Source: Octopus sinensis
Taxonomy: Eukaryota
Length of the DNA stretch: 64,000 bases
Reading direction: 5' to 3'
Assembly: GCF_006345805.1 (NCBI RefSeq)
Contig: NC_042998.1
Coordinates: forward strand, 120,528,001-120,592,000
Below the pieces are notes generated by a model. The model saw nothing but the letters and a program-made list of their open reading frames with translations. It ran no database searches and was not told where the DNA came from. Below are positions 39,521 to 52,938 of this stretch, one piece after another (position 1 is the first letter of the stretch; each line of letters starts with the position of its first letter). Position numbers and translations under genes: made by a program.

Positions 39521-40087
39521 GTAAGTTTCTGTCTTCATCACTTTAATATTTACTGTTTTTATCTTTCCAATGATTGAAGCAACTTTTCACAGGAGTGGAA
39601 TTTATCTCAAAACCTGAAAGATTTCTTTATTCTCCTCCTAATTATTTCATATTAATTCTTTCTATAAATTTGTGGATGATGGAAAGTAAGAAAGCTTTCA
39701 TAGGAATTTTTTCTCCCATCAGTAAAGGCACAGTTGATGAAATGTTGTGGTGCTGAACTACTGACACCTGGTCATAATTTCAAATCTTATTGCTATCAAT
39801 TTAATGCATCCCTATCAAGACACTCTCTAAGTCTGTTTGCTCCAGTTTGCTTACATAAAATAGATCAGGTTCTTCTCTTACTTCTCATTTGACTATCAGT
39901 AGAAATAGCGTCCATCTAGCATTTAAAACAATTGTTCCATCAAATTAGCTATAGCAACCTATTAAAATGTTTATAAAACAGTAAAAAAAAAATCAGTAAA
40001 CTGTTGTTAATGAGATGATGTGATAGTTTGAGATAGTTAGGCATAATTAATAAACCTAAATATACTATGCTCTTGTCTTTGATACAG

Positions 40088-40123
40088 GGTAAATTAACTG
40101 CACAAGGAAAGTTATTACTTCAG
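40088..40123 (+). CDS. TRIO: Trio exon J: 36-nt exon, start of PH2
   Basis: gatacag|GGT...CAG|gtgagt, phase 0-0. GKLTAQGKLLLQ. Confidence 0.95.
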
Positions 40124-41305
40124 GTGAGTGTTTTTTTTTTTCTCACTTTTCTGTTCCTTTCTTTATTCTTTGTCCATTTCTTTTGTTGCCAGATGTTAGA
40201 ATTTACTGCAGATTATTGCCAATTTTGTAGCATTCATTCAAAGTGATTTCTTCCTCTGGATAAATTGTTACTTCATTGAAGAATTTCTGCAGAGGAAGTT
40301 TTTGATCTGAGTATTGCAAACAGCAAATTACTAATAAAAAGGGAACTGTATCTCTTCATGGTGTTCATTTACAGTTAGTTGAAGTGGTTTGTCCTGTTGA
40401 TAAATAGTTATTGTTCATCCCATTTTACCACTGTTAAAGCTGAACTTGATCAAAAACACCCCAAACAGTGACCATCCCATCTTTTCCCCAGGCACAATGC
40501 ACCAAAAATTACATTATTCAGCATTTCCTATTTTTAATATGGAAAATTATGAGGATGTGGGGTGGATTTGGCTGCTGTTTCTAGCAGGTTGAGCAACTAC
40601 ACAAAGGCACTGTTGTTGACTTGTTAATAAATAGTAGTGAGCATCAAAATAATATAATGACTTTGTAAAATGGAGTAGACAACAAATTATGTTCCCTTAC
40701 ATTTTATGTATCAATGATTATCTAATTACATTGTCACAGCTAGTTAACTTTTTAAATATATTTATAATTTATTTCTTAAACTTCTTTCACGAAATAATGT
40801 TATAAACTGATTTTGAGTATATCCATTTTCTTTGCTCTTATCATACACTGATATATTTGGACTAGTGTCCTCAACTTGGTTGTAATAGTCACAACCTTTC
40901 AGCTGTTGTCACCTTTGACCTTCTTCAAGTGCTTGTTGCTTTTGAAAATCCTCACAGAATTTGGAACTGAATTCTTTCAAATCCAAAGCAGTAGATTATT
41001 CACATTCCATTGTTCATACCTTGGATATTCTCCTTAGTACTAATTTCATTATTTGCAATGCAACTAATTCATTATGTTTCAACCAGAGAATATATAACTT
41101 GACAGACTCACCTCAAAAGTTCAGATATTATTGGTCATCATGTCTTAAATTATTTCTTGACTGGACCGTGTTAACTTTACATAATTTCCTTATTAATTCA
41201 TACATTTGTTCATTAATTCACTTATCTTTCAATTTCTTTACTGATTAAATAGATGACTACCTTTGTTCAGTATTACTTAAGTTTGTTCTATTTGTCTCTT
41301 CACAG

Positions 41306-41467
41306 GAAACCCTGCTGGTTGGTGAAGTCACAGAAGGTAGTCACTCCAAATTTAGAGAAAGACGAGTGTTTCTTTTTGAACAGATCATAATTTTTAGTGA
41401 AGTGATTGAGGACAAGAAAAGGGGCAGTTTTTCTGATGCCAATTATATTTATAAAAACAGTGTAACG
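41306..41467 (+). CDS. TRIO: Trio exon K: PH2
   Basis: cttcacag|GAA...ACG|gtaagg, 162 nt, phase 0-0. ETLLVGEVTEGSHSKFRERRVFLFEQIIIFSEVIEDKKRGSFSDANYIYKNSVT. Confidence 0.96.
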
Positions 41468-41528
41468 GTAAGGTTATATCAGTTATTATTCTACCTGTGT
41501 TGTCACCCTTTCTTTTACTTTTTTTAAC

Positions 41529-41710
41529 GTTTGTTGAAGTCCAAGTTCGGCATTGATCAAACAGATCTATGACTAAAGGTATTCCAACCATGACCATCCC
41601 ATCCATTAATCTGACAGTTTATCTGGAACTACATTAACCAATGTGTCTCTTTTTTTAAGGCAGTAGGATACAATTTAAGGGAGATTTAACTGCTACTTCT
41701 AGCAGATCAA
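41529..41710 (-). repeat. Dispersed repeat family E (unclassified retroposon-like)
   Basis: Recurring ctagaaatagcagccaaatctccctc...ggatggtcatggctggaatgcctttgatc motif. Related copies near 2540, 5150, 9690, 20100, 20600, 34130, 40430 and 53655. Confidence 0.55.
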
Positions 41711-43726
41711 GAAATGACTATATTCCAGATATTTAACTAGAAGTAACAGCCACTCTTTATCATAGCTAATGTTTACATGACAGAACTATATCTGTGTATC
41801 ATTGTGGTGATTAAGACCTTAGTTCCTAATCATATAACTAGTCTCTGCTCTCTCTCTTTTCCAACTGTTTCTTTCGCTCTCCTTACTGCTCCTTCCCCCT
41901 CTCTCTGTCTCCCTCCTTCCCCCCTTCTCTCACTCTTAGACACACACACAAAGCACCAACAACATGTAAAATTTACAAAGCTGCTCTTTTCATCTGACAT
42001 TAACTGAGATGGTACTTGAAGTGTGACATTTTAAAGTAGGGAACATGGCACCATTTGTTTGGTGCACATCTGGTGTAATTAACAAATAGAGAAATTAATA
42101 AACACTATGTATGACTAACAAACTGGGTAAATGAGCTAACAGAGACAGCACATTTAACTCTTTTTGCAGAAAACTTAGTATCTATAATAGTTATATATCC
42201 ATTTGATAATTATGCACCCATCCATCCAACTGATTATACACTCATTCAATAGTTATACTCTTAGAGTTGATTAGTTACTCTTTATTTTCTATTACTATGT
42301 TACACGTGTGGTTGTATTATTGTAGATTAGTCATTCCTGGCTTTCTATTTGCTGTGTCACATACCTATCAGTATGACTGAAGTACATTAGTTTCCTCTCA
42401 GTGTAATGTATGTGGTGGTTTTACTGAAGACAATTAGTCACTCATTTTTTGTACACATGACTGTATTATTTTCTGTAATACTGTGGTTGCATTTCTTTGA
42501 ATATTTCTATGGTTATGAAATTGTGGTGACCAGTTTGCCACATGAAAGCATCTATATGTTAGTGATGATTTTTGTTTACTAACACTTGCACGCACATGCA
42601 CACTCAGACTGGCTAAAGTAATAATACAATAATTTCCCATGAATCATTATTGATAGCAATGGTTGGGCAGATAAAATATTGAACTACCTACTGGTGCTCC
42701 ACTGTTTCTAAACAGAACACTTCCTTCAGTCCACCTTAACTGTTGGTAGGGATAGCAATCAGGTTAGCTGTGATAGTTTAACACTTTAGCCAGAGGGAAA
42801 TGTATCTCATCTATTTTACACTATGAAGCTAGTGTGCAGCAATATCTCTCAAACCACTGTCCTTTTGCCACCAAACAAAACAAGTTGTTTGGGACATTAC
42901 ATTCATTTATGTCAAACAGCTGTTGTCATGTTGTTGGGCAGAGCTGGCTATCAACCAACATTTAGTCTTCATTTGGTCAGCAAGTTTTCCTTTGTTTGGT
43001 GGACATTACAGTAAATTGTGAAAACAAATGCTTTCCTCTTCAGCTAATTGATGTTTTTAAATTGCACTTTGAGTGGAAAGTGCTACCCTGTAGTAAATTT
43101 CTTGAAAGATAGGTGAGAACGGCAAGCACAGGCCAACAAGAAAGAGCATTTTCCTTTTGTAGTCAAAGTAATCTTGGATTTGTGGAAGTCTTTGATTGAT
43201 TCTCAAGTGGCTGTCTTCCTAATGGGACATTGCTATATTTTGTATACTGTGTATACCACCACTTCATTTCATATAGTCCCAGTATAAACCCAACTAATTT
43301 TATAATCCATCCCTGTACTGTCCCCTTATTTTGTTACTTTTAGCTCAATCATAAAGAAATTCCTATTTACAGTGGGTAGGTTATCAGAATCAACAGAGCA
43401 GTATTTAGTTTGATGTATTTACATTCTGAATTCAAACCATACCAAAGTCAGTTTTGCCTTTTAACTTTCAGGGTCATTAAAATATTTATCAGTCAAGTAT
43501 TAAGCTTGATATAATCAACCATAGCCGTCCTTGAAATCCATAACCTTGTACCTTCGATTTTGTTTTTCATCCTTCAGGAATCACTAAAATAAAGTATCAG
43601 TCAAGTACTGAGGTCACTTTAAACACTAACCCCTCCTCTCACATTTCTGACCTTGTGCTTATGTTAGAGATGATTGTTATGTTATTTACAGTAATAATTT
43701 ATCCAAATTATTTTATGTATTTCCAG

Positions 43727-43904
43727 GTTAATAAAATGTCTATGAATGAAAATGCAGAAGGAGATGATTTAAAATTTATTCTTATCGATAGAACACCTGA
43801 TAGTAATATGAAATATATTATTCAAGCACCTACAGAAGAAATCAGAGATGAGTGGATTGCTCAAATCCGTTCTATATTAGATATGCAGGGCGATTTCCTA
43901 CGAG
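43727..43904 (+). CDS. TRIO: Trio exon L: PH2 C-terminal half
   Basis: ttccag|GTT...CGA G|gtatgt, 178 nt, phase 0-1. VNKMSMNENAEGDDLKFILIDRTPDSNMKYIIQAPTEEIRDEWIAQIRSILDMQGDFLR. Confidence 0.96.
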
Positions 43905-44211
43905 GTATGTATCATACAGTTTGCTGATTTACAACTTTCAGACTTGTATTTATCCCCAACAATAATCTAACTTCCCATAGATATTGGTTACTTCCTGTAA
44001 GCATATCAAATTTATGCTGATAGATAAATGAACACAGGAGAGTATATGTATCATCCACATTGTGCTTTTTGTTATATATATTTTTTATTCTGTTGCCTAA
44101 TTTCTTTACATGTTGTAAAGAAATTAATTAACATTCAAGATTAAGTTAGTAAATTCTATATTTGGATGTGTTCCATATTGAAGTAACATATACTAATATT
44201 AGTACTATAAA

Positions 44212-44436
44212 GGCAGTGAGCTAACAGAATCATTAGCACACAAGGCAAAATACTTCATGGCATTTTGTTTGTCTCTACACACAGAGTTCAAATTTAGCCA
44301 GGTCAACTTTGCCTTTCATCCTATTGGGGTGAAGTTGGGGGGATCAGTAAAATAAGTATTACAACAACTGGGGTTGTTGTAATTGACTTAGCTCCTACCC
44401 TGAAATTGCTGGCCTTGTGCTAGAATTTGAAACTAT
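44212..44436 (+). mobile_element. tRNA-derived SINE, family A, with a 15-bp target-site duplication
   Basis: TATTAGTACTATAAA at 44197-44211 and 44437-44451. Confidence 0.88.
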
Positions 44437-46456
44437 TATTAGTACTATAAATATAAAAATTTTACTGAAAGAACCTCATATCTCATTTTTCTATATTTCG
44501 TGTTCAATGTTTCAATAATTTATCTTTAGTAAGATTCGATGGATCTATTCATTGAAAAAAATCTTTTTAGCAGCAAAAAGCCATTAACTCTGAAGACTGC
44601 TCTCTTATTGTTTATAAAATATTCAAATTTTGAATTATTCAAATTATTTTAATTTCCTACATCATATACATTATAGCAAACATTGTGCATGTGTATGTGT
44701 GTGTGTCTGTGTGTGTGTGTGTGCGTGTGTGTGCTTCTTCCAAGTTCATTGAAATATGGTTGGCATTATCAAATATTTTCTGATGATTATTTGGACTGCA
44801 ATTGGTGATATTCATCTCTTATGTGTACATAAGCCATATTTTTTATTATTATTATTTTTATATCCTTCATAAAATCAAAATTATTGAAGTACATAGCTGG
44901 GTCAGTTTATTTTTTATAGACTCTCTTTCTTCAGAACAAGTCATGGTCTCTCACTCTGGTGCCAACATCAAACTCACACCATCCGGCTGACCGTTCAAAT
45001 AACTAATCTGGGTAATAAAAGCACTGCCCAATGTCCACATGTGAACATTTGTCACACACCTTCCCTATTTTGATATCAGAACAAGCACCTTTTATTTTGT
45101 GGATATTGCACAATTTTATTTGAAACCAAATTGTATTGTTTGACTCTAGTTAGAGGTCATAAATATTTGTGTCCAGTCTTGTATGATGAAGTCAAGTGTT
45201 ACAAAGGTTGCAATAATTGTCTTATTTTGCACACGTATTGTATGTTTCTGTACCTCTATTAGAGAATGGAATTTCCAGGAGTTTTCCCTTATGTTGGATT
45301 TTTTTATTGTGTTCTGTTTTTTTTTTATGTTCTAAATAGATTAAAGTTGCTAAGTACTGAACAAAATAGAGATTTTGAAACCCCAAAGAGATGTGCCTTG
45401 CTTTTTTTTTTTTTCTTTTTGACTTCATACTATTGCTGTATTTTACTGAGGAAGTTCATTTTATTTGGCTCATTTGAGCAAGTCTCTTTTTGTAATTTTC
45501 TTTTTATTTTCCTACCTTTAAAATGTCTTATTCTATGAAAAAAATTTTAAAAGAACTTTGCTGAGAGTCCTCAGCAAATTTGATTCTTAGTTGTTGCCAT
45601 TTCCCTTCAATATATTAATTATAATATTGGGAAAGGCATGAATATTTCATCCCTTATAACTGTAAGGCCTTGTGTCAATGTAAGAAATTTGAAGTCTTTC
45701 TGAAAATTGCTATTGGGAAAAACAATAGACTTACTTTATGTTTAAGAATGACATGACAACTACTGTTTTCTTGATATTGTTCACTTGTTTACTTAACATT
45801 GTTCATTCTTATTTGTGTAGTTTTGTTCACTTTTGTTCATTGACACAGATGATGTAATTGTGTCATAGTTTTATTTTCAACTAATCTCTAGTATTTCCAT
45901 AAATCAGTAGAGAGTAGTGTTTGTCTTGTGTTGGTTGGTGTCCTTCAATTTATTTTTGCTTATTATTTTTAGGCCGATGTAACTATTGTATGAGTTATAT
46001 ATTGTCTCTGTTTAAGAATATGTTTCTAGACATGCTCTAAAACAATTTTGGAGTTCTAATTCCCAGTGAAAGAGAAAACATGACTTCAATCTAGGGATAG
46101 TTAGCCTCTAGAAAAAAGCTTGGACTAACAGCACAAGGCTCTCATCAGGTCCAGCTGGGTTGAAATCCCAATGCACCTGTTGTTGCACACATAAGTTCTT
46201 TCTCTGGAAATTATAATGCCAAAATTATTTTTAAATAAATCTGCAAATAATTTCTTTTATGGGATTTTGTTTAGTTTTTGTCATAAATGTTAAAGTGGCA
46301 TTTAAATATAATGATATCCTACTAGATCTATGTATAATTTTTATTGTTACCATGAGGCTATGATAATTACTTAAATAAACTGGTCACCTTTTTCTGTCCA
46401 TATTAGCTTGATTATATCATGTATAATCTTTGATCAGCTTTTTTTGTGTGTATCTA

Positions 46457-48420
46457 TCATCATGATCATCACTTCTACTTTTCTTCACTTGCAAGGGTTA
46501 GATGGGTCTTCTATAACACAGTTTTGCATAATTTGTTGTGATCCTTTATCATCTCATTTTTGAGGTTCACCTTTCACTACACTTCCCTTTGTCTTTCTCA
46601 TCCTTCCTCTTCCATGAGATTCTTCCATTTAAATTGTTTGGCATTTCTTTACCCAACTGTTACCTTCCATATACATCACATGCCTGCACCTGCACATTTT
46701 CCTTTCTTGCACATGACATTTTATTCCTCTCATGCCCAAAGTTTCTCTTAGTTCATTTGTACTCTGTTGTTTTTGCACACTAATATTTATACATCCAGTG
46801 AAGCATGCTTGCTTCATTTCTTTCCAGCATTTGCACATCCTCTGCATTCAGTACACATTTCACTCTCATTTGACATTGCACATCAATCATGAGTATCATA
46901 GAAGTTTACCTGTTGCTAAGCAAATCCCTTTGTTGCCAGCTGAAGCAATAATTCTTTGTACTTTTTCTACTCTATTCTTACTTTGGCTACTATGTTTTGG
47001 AACACCCTCTCCACTGCTAATTTGGTCACCTAGGTAACAAAAACAATCAACAACTTCCAGAGTGTGTTCTAAGCATTTGAAGGAGTTCATTTCATGGTTG
47101 TTCTTACAACTAACTACTCTTATGCATCTGCTACATATGAATTGTTTCTCCTCTGCCAATCTACCTGTGATCTCACTGCATCTCTTGCACATCCATAATA
47201 TACATTTAGTAAAAGAGTACCTATCTACCTTTTCTGCTTATTGAAAATAACCACACTCTATTGGCAGTAGAGTTCTGTCTTCTATTCTACTAGCTAAAAC
47301 ATCTGTCTTTGCTATGATTACTTAGAGACCTCTTTGTCATAGGTTTGATTTCCACAGTTAGAATTTCTTCTTTAATTCATTGACAGAATCATCTTTAGCT
47401 CACCAGTAGACAGGACTTCCTACAAACAACAGATTTTACATTCTTCCTTTATAGTTTAAAGAATTATAATAAATAGGAAACTGTTGAAAACCGAGCCTTG
47501 ATAGATATGTACATCATCATCATCAGCATTTAACATCCATTTTCCATGCTGGCATGGGTTGGATGGTTTGACAGGAGCTGGCAAACCAGAAGACTGCACC
47601 AGGCTTTACTGTCTGTTTTAGCATGGTTTTTACAGCATGATACTTTTCCTATCACCAACTATCTTACAGAGTGAACTGAGTGCTTTTTACATGACACCAG
47701 CACCAGAAAGGCCTGTTTTGGTATGGTTTTTACAGCTGGATGCTTTTTATATGACACCTACACACTAAATTTCTCCCTGATCTTAATGCTGACTGTCACC
47801 TTATTCACAACATCTCTATATGCGGCGTGCATGGTACTCATAAGCCATTCATCTAAAGCTAGTTTTTCTTTTGGTTTTATTTTTTTGCAACTACTAGACT
47901 ATAAAATGTGGTATCCTGTTAAGAGGTTTCTCTTAACCAACAAATGCTAGCTACTGTGACTTATTCTTCTTAACTGAAAAAAATCCCTGTGGTGGCCTTG
48001 TATTGAAGATGGCATTGGTTAAACTAATACTCTTCCTAATTAATTATGTTATAACTCTTTCTCTTACTGTTGCAATGTAGTCCATCAGATTGATGCTTCT
48101 GTGCTTTCTTTCTAGAGCATCTCCAGTGCCTTTCTAGCAGTTGATATTGATGCTACTATGCCAGTCATTGAGTATGATACCTCCATCTATTACCTCATTG
48201 GCTATGTGAATGATAAGTGCATTTCTTACTTAGCTGAGTATTTTAGCCTCTCAGTAGCTATCATTGATGGTCCTGCTGTTTTTCCTGCCTTCATATGCTT
48301 AATTATTCTTTTGACTGTATAGTTATCAACATCAATAGCTGGTCCCTCAGTAGGTCTTACTTGGCTCCAGTTATTTTCAAAAAATATTGCTGATCATTTG
48401 GTTTAAGTCTCAAGTAAACT
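46457..48420 (-). mobile_element. Decayed RTE-clade LINE, antisense in Trio intron L-M
   Basis: KRCSEITGRL...FICSRC...LEVVDCFCYLGDQISSG (ORF 46896-47192), HQGS near 47490, an EGPA/KAGK region near 48280-48350 and a (CAT)n tail at 46457. Confidence 0.85.
47512..47760 (-). mobile_element. Family C retroposon inserted in an older RTE LINE
   Basis: (CAT)n tail plus ccatgctggcatgggttgg; RT-like sequence on both sides. Confidence 0.75.
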
Positions 48421-48580
48421 TGTTTCAAATTCATATCAACTGGATACAGCTCAAATTAAGTACTTTCTGGCAATATCATTAACATTGTTCTTACTAATTC
48501 AACAGTGTTTGTCTTGTTTTGTTTCTGCTGTGTTTGTAATGAGAAAAATCATTAAATTCTTGTTATTATTGTTGTTACAG

Positions 48581-48630
48581 CTCTTCAATCACCAATTGCC
48601 TATCAGAAAGAACGGACAAAAGAGCTGTAA
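48581..48630 (+). CDS. TRIO: Trio exon M: Galpha-q-binding PH extension; ends in a stop codon if unspliced
   Basis: gttacag|CT CTT CAA TCA CCA ATT GCC TAT CAG AAA GAA CGG ACA AAA GAG CTG TAA = (A)LQSPIAYQKERTKEL*. Matches the ALQSPIEYQ motif of p63RhoGEF/Trio/Kalirin. The end is ambiguous because a GTAAGT donor starts at 48627. Confidence 0.92.
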
Positions 48631-48833
48631 GTACTTTGCCTTTCCGGATGTGTAACACAGTTCATACAGTAGCCATACCTCACCAGACTGTAGCTATCTC
48701 TTGGATTACAGGCCAATTTATCTACTTTGCCTATAATTTTGGATAGACCAGGCTACAGTTGTTATTCTTCCTTTAAAAACGAAAGAAAGAAAGAAATAAC
48801 AAAAAGAAACTTGATTAAAAAAACACATGCATG

Positions 48834-48869
<36 letters not shown>

Positions 48870-50179
48870 TGCATACATATTTACATATACACAAAGCGAA
48901 GAAAACCATCAGGATTTCATCAACTTCACATAGTTTTAATCCTGAATGACTAACTTTAGTCTCAACTGGCACGAACTACATATGTGCATTGTCCAAAGTC
49001 AGTTGGGTTATGGAGTTAATACTGCAGCAGTTTAACTACTTCCCTCCAGTAAGTTCTCTTGGAGCTGGTCACACTGATGACTTTTGGTAGTTGTTCTGTT
49101 ATCTCTTCTGTTTTGTTTATGTTGACACTTTCACTGCTACTACTGATGATGATGACAACGGCAACAGCAATGATGGTGGTGTCCAAGGCAATATTACTAC
49201 ATCCAGGATTGGCTTTAGTTCTACCTGCCTCTTACTCAAATCAAACTACAGAAAAATATTATTATAAGAAAAATCCTTGTTTCTTGGAAAATTTTCAAGA
49301 AAATATTAAAATTTAGTTGCAAAATATCATTGAAACTAAATTAACATTGCTCTGGAATCTTCTATTTGTTTGAATTATATATAAAAAAAAACAACAACAA
49401 AAACAGATGAATTTCCTTTGAAAATTTGCTCAATTAGAGCTGGTTCTCTTCATCTTTAAATTTTATTTTTCCATTAATTTGTTTTTTTTTTCTTTTTTGG
49501 CAACTAATTTTTTTTTTATCTATTTAAATTTATTTTTAAAAAGAAAAGTTAGTAATTTTTTTTTTCTGTTCTTGATCATCTCTTTTAAAAATCAAAAGCT
49601 CAAAACTTGTATATTTATTTCATTTACATCTGTCTAATGTTAAACTATTCATTTCAGCTACTATTATTTCAGTGAAATCTAGTCATCTAATAAAACAAAC
49701 ATTCATTTTATCTAAGACTTTTGTTAACTCGTATTCCTGAATGTTTTAATAGTAACAGCATTCTTTTTTAATCTTCTATATGCAGTTTTTTTTTTATTTT
49801 ATTATTTTTTTTATTTTCTTCTTTTGGACAAAGAAAATCTTTTTTGAAAAATACTTAAGCCAAAAAGAAAACAAAAATGTCATCAACACAAACTTCATTA
49901 TTTATACTTATTCTATGAAAGGTCACCAAATTTTGGGAGGCTTTTTTTTGTAAATATGATCTCTGTTCTGAAGATAAAAATTCTCTAAGCAATGAGCGCA
50001 ATATTGGAAATTAATCCTGTCTTTAACAATTTATCTTTAATTGAATCGGCATACATGTGAAAATACATCTAGCAATTTCTCCTTTATTTTTGTCTTCACC
50101 CCACCCCCTTTTCCTTTTTTGTTAACATCTGGGTTCAAAAACTTGAATATATACATATATATTTTATATATATATATAC

Positions 50180-50211
<32 letters not shown>

Positions 50212-51983
50212 ATATATATATGTACACACACAAGTGTATATATATATACTACTATTTATGAAATGTTTCTCTTCGATGTTTGTAAACTATTTCACTGTGT
50301 AACTTTTGATTTTCCTGTACAATCCCTTGATAATAGTTAATACTCTCACCCCCACTCTCTCTCTCTCTCCCTCTCTCAGGCACACACACACTCACACATA
50401 GCAATAATTGTAATATTTTTTATGGTGTTATCCTCTGAAACCTAAACACCAAAGATGCCATGAGATATTAGGTCTTCTAATGATTCTATTTCTAGATTTT
50501 AGGTTGCATCTGCTAGAAGAATCTATTGATGCACACTTTATTATATGCATTGCTTTGTTCTCGCAACCTCGGAATGTGTTAGTACAATGCTGTGTCTACA
50601 GAAATGTCAGCGTATACATTTAGTATTACTACAATTGTTTGTTTAGCAGTTAGACATTTAGTGATTTGTCTAAAGTGGTCTATGTGGAGTGGGAGTGGGG
50701 AAGGACATCTTTTGTTTCTTGCTTTCTTTTTGATATCTTCATTCTTTAGAAATAAATTACTATGCACACACACACAGCATTATAGCATACAGTAAGAAAG
50801 TAGTAGCAACAGATATATTTTCTCATTATCCTCTTAGCTAGATCTTTTTAACATTCCTGAATCAAAGCTAGATGACCTGACATATTTTGATTGCGGAAAT
50901 AAATATCTTTCTCATAAAAGATACTTCTTATATTTTGGTATGTTGCAACAACAAACAGCAATAATAATAGCATGTTTACAACCCAGTTTCTTTAAGAAGA
51001 TAATATATTATATTATCTTAAAATAATTATTTCCAGTGTGTGTATTTTATATATACACACATACACATACATATAGAGAGAGATACATATAGATATACAC
51101 ACACATACTGTTTTATATTTTTAAGAAATGGTAATTTCTTTGTTTCATTTCACTAGGTGAAATGGAAGTCGTAGAACCCCTGTCTTCATTATACTATCAA
51201 TAGATCTTTTAGTTATTGCAGTTATATATCTTTTAGATGTTAAATATATCGTTCTGAGTGACTAATTAATGTGACGTATATTAGGGATGAACAACTGTAA
51301 TGATGATGATGATGTTGATGATGATCATGATGATATTGATTTTGACTGCATACTTCAATTTTTATAATATGCAAGCATTTCCAGATGAAGAAAACTGTGT
51401 TCTTCTAATGAAATAGTAAATGAAACATTAAAGGAGAGAACCTAGTGAATTAGGGCAAGCAGTGACAGCATGCCCAGTTTAGGGCGAGCAATTTGGTCAC
51501 TTCCGGTGCTGGAATGTCTTAATTTTTTTTTTTCTTTTATCAACTTTGTTTCACAACCTCTTTCAAAGTAGTCTTTTGATACCCCTCCCCTCCATATGTT
51601 TGTGTTTCCAGAAAGTTCCAGCTGAATATCAGAAACTAGCAATGGTTTAGTTCACCAACCACCCACACCAACAACTATCAAAATTTACAGCATATAACTA
51701 TAATTTCATTCTCCTAGGGGCTGTGCTAATTTTCCATATTAGTTTAGGCCTAGCTTTTGTTGACCACTATTTTGTGTAGGTATTATGGGGTTCGATTTTG
51801 TTTTGTTGTTTCTTTTGTTTGTTTTGTCTATGTTAGGTCTATCTTTGTTTATTTTATGTTCTCAATGTATATGGCTTTTATGTTTTTAGTTTCAGCATTT
51901 GTCTTTTGCTCACTGTTTGTAGTTTCATTATGTATTCTTTCTTTTTTTTTTAAGTATTCTATTTTTGTGTCTGATTATGTCTG

Positions 51984-52020
<37 letters not shown>

Positions 52021-52021
52021 G

Positions 52022-52093
<72 letters not shown>

Positions 52094-52310
52094 TATATAT
52101 GTATATATATGTATGTAATTATATATGTATATTATATGTATGTATATTATATATGTATATATATATATATGTATGTATATATATATGTATATATATATGT
52201 ATGTATATTATATATGTATATTATATATGTATGTATATTATATATGTATATATATATGTATGTATATTATATATGTATATATATATGTATGTATATTATA
52301 TATGTATATA

Positions 52311-52349
<39 letters not shown>

Positions 52350-52699
52350 TATATATATATGTATATTATATATGTATATATATATGTATGTATATTATAT
52401 ATGTATATATATATGTATATATATATGTATGTATATATATATGTATATATATATTATATATGTATATATATATGTATGTATATATGTATGTAATATATAT
52501 ATTATATATATATTATATATGTATATATATATTATATGTATATATTATATATATGTATATATATATTATATATGTATATATATTATATATGTATATGTAT
52601 ATATATTATATATGTATATGTATATATATATATATTATATTGTATATATATATATATGTATGTATATATATATATAATATATGTATATATATATATATA

Positions 52700-52730
<31 letters not shown>

Positions 52731-52778
52731 TATATATGTTATATATATATATGTATATATATATGTATTATATATGTA

Positions 52779-52873
<95 letters not shown>

Positions 52874-52938
52874 CACACACATATATATATATATATATAT
52901 ACATACACACATACATATATATATATATATACATATAT
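51984..52938. repeat. About 950-bp complex (TA)n/(TATG)n satellite
   Basis: Interrupted TA repeats with a recurring ~29-bp unit; source of the 306-aa and 282-aa Y/I/M ORFs. Confidence 0.97.

Noticed and set aside
43905-43927. Read-through of the exon L donor giving DFLRGMYHTVC*
   Set aside because: Any retained intron yields such a tail; no supporting poly(A) or compositional signal.
51480-51520. ETS-like CACTTCCGG motif as a promoter
   Set aside because: Single short motif with no CpG island or downstream exon evidence.
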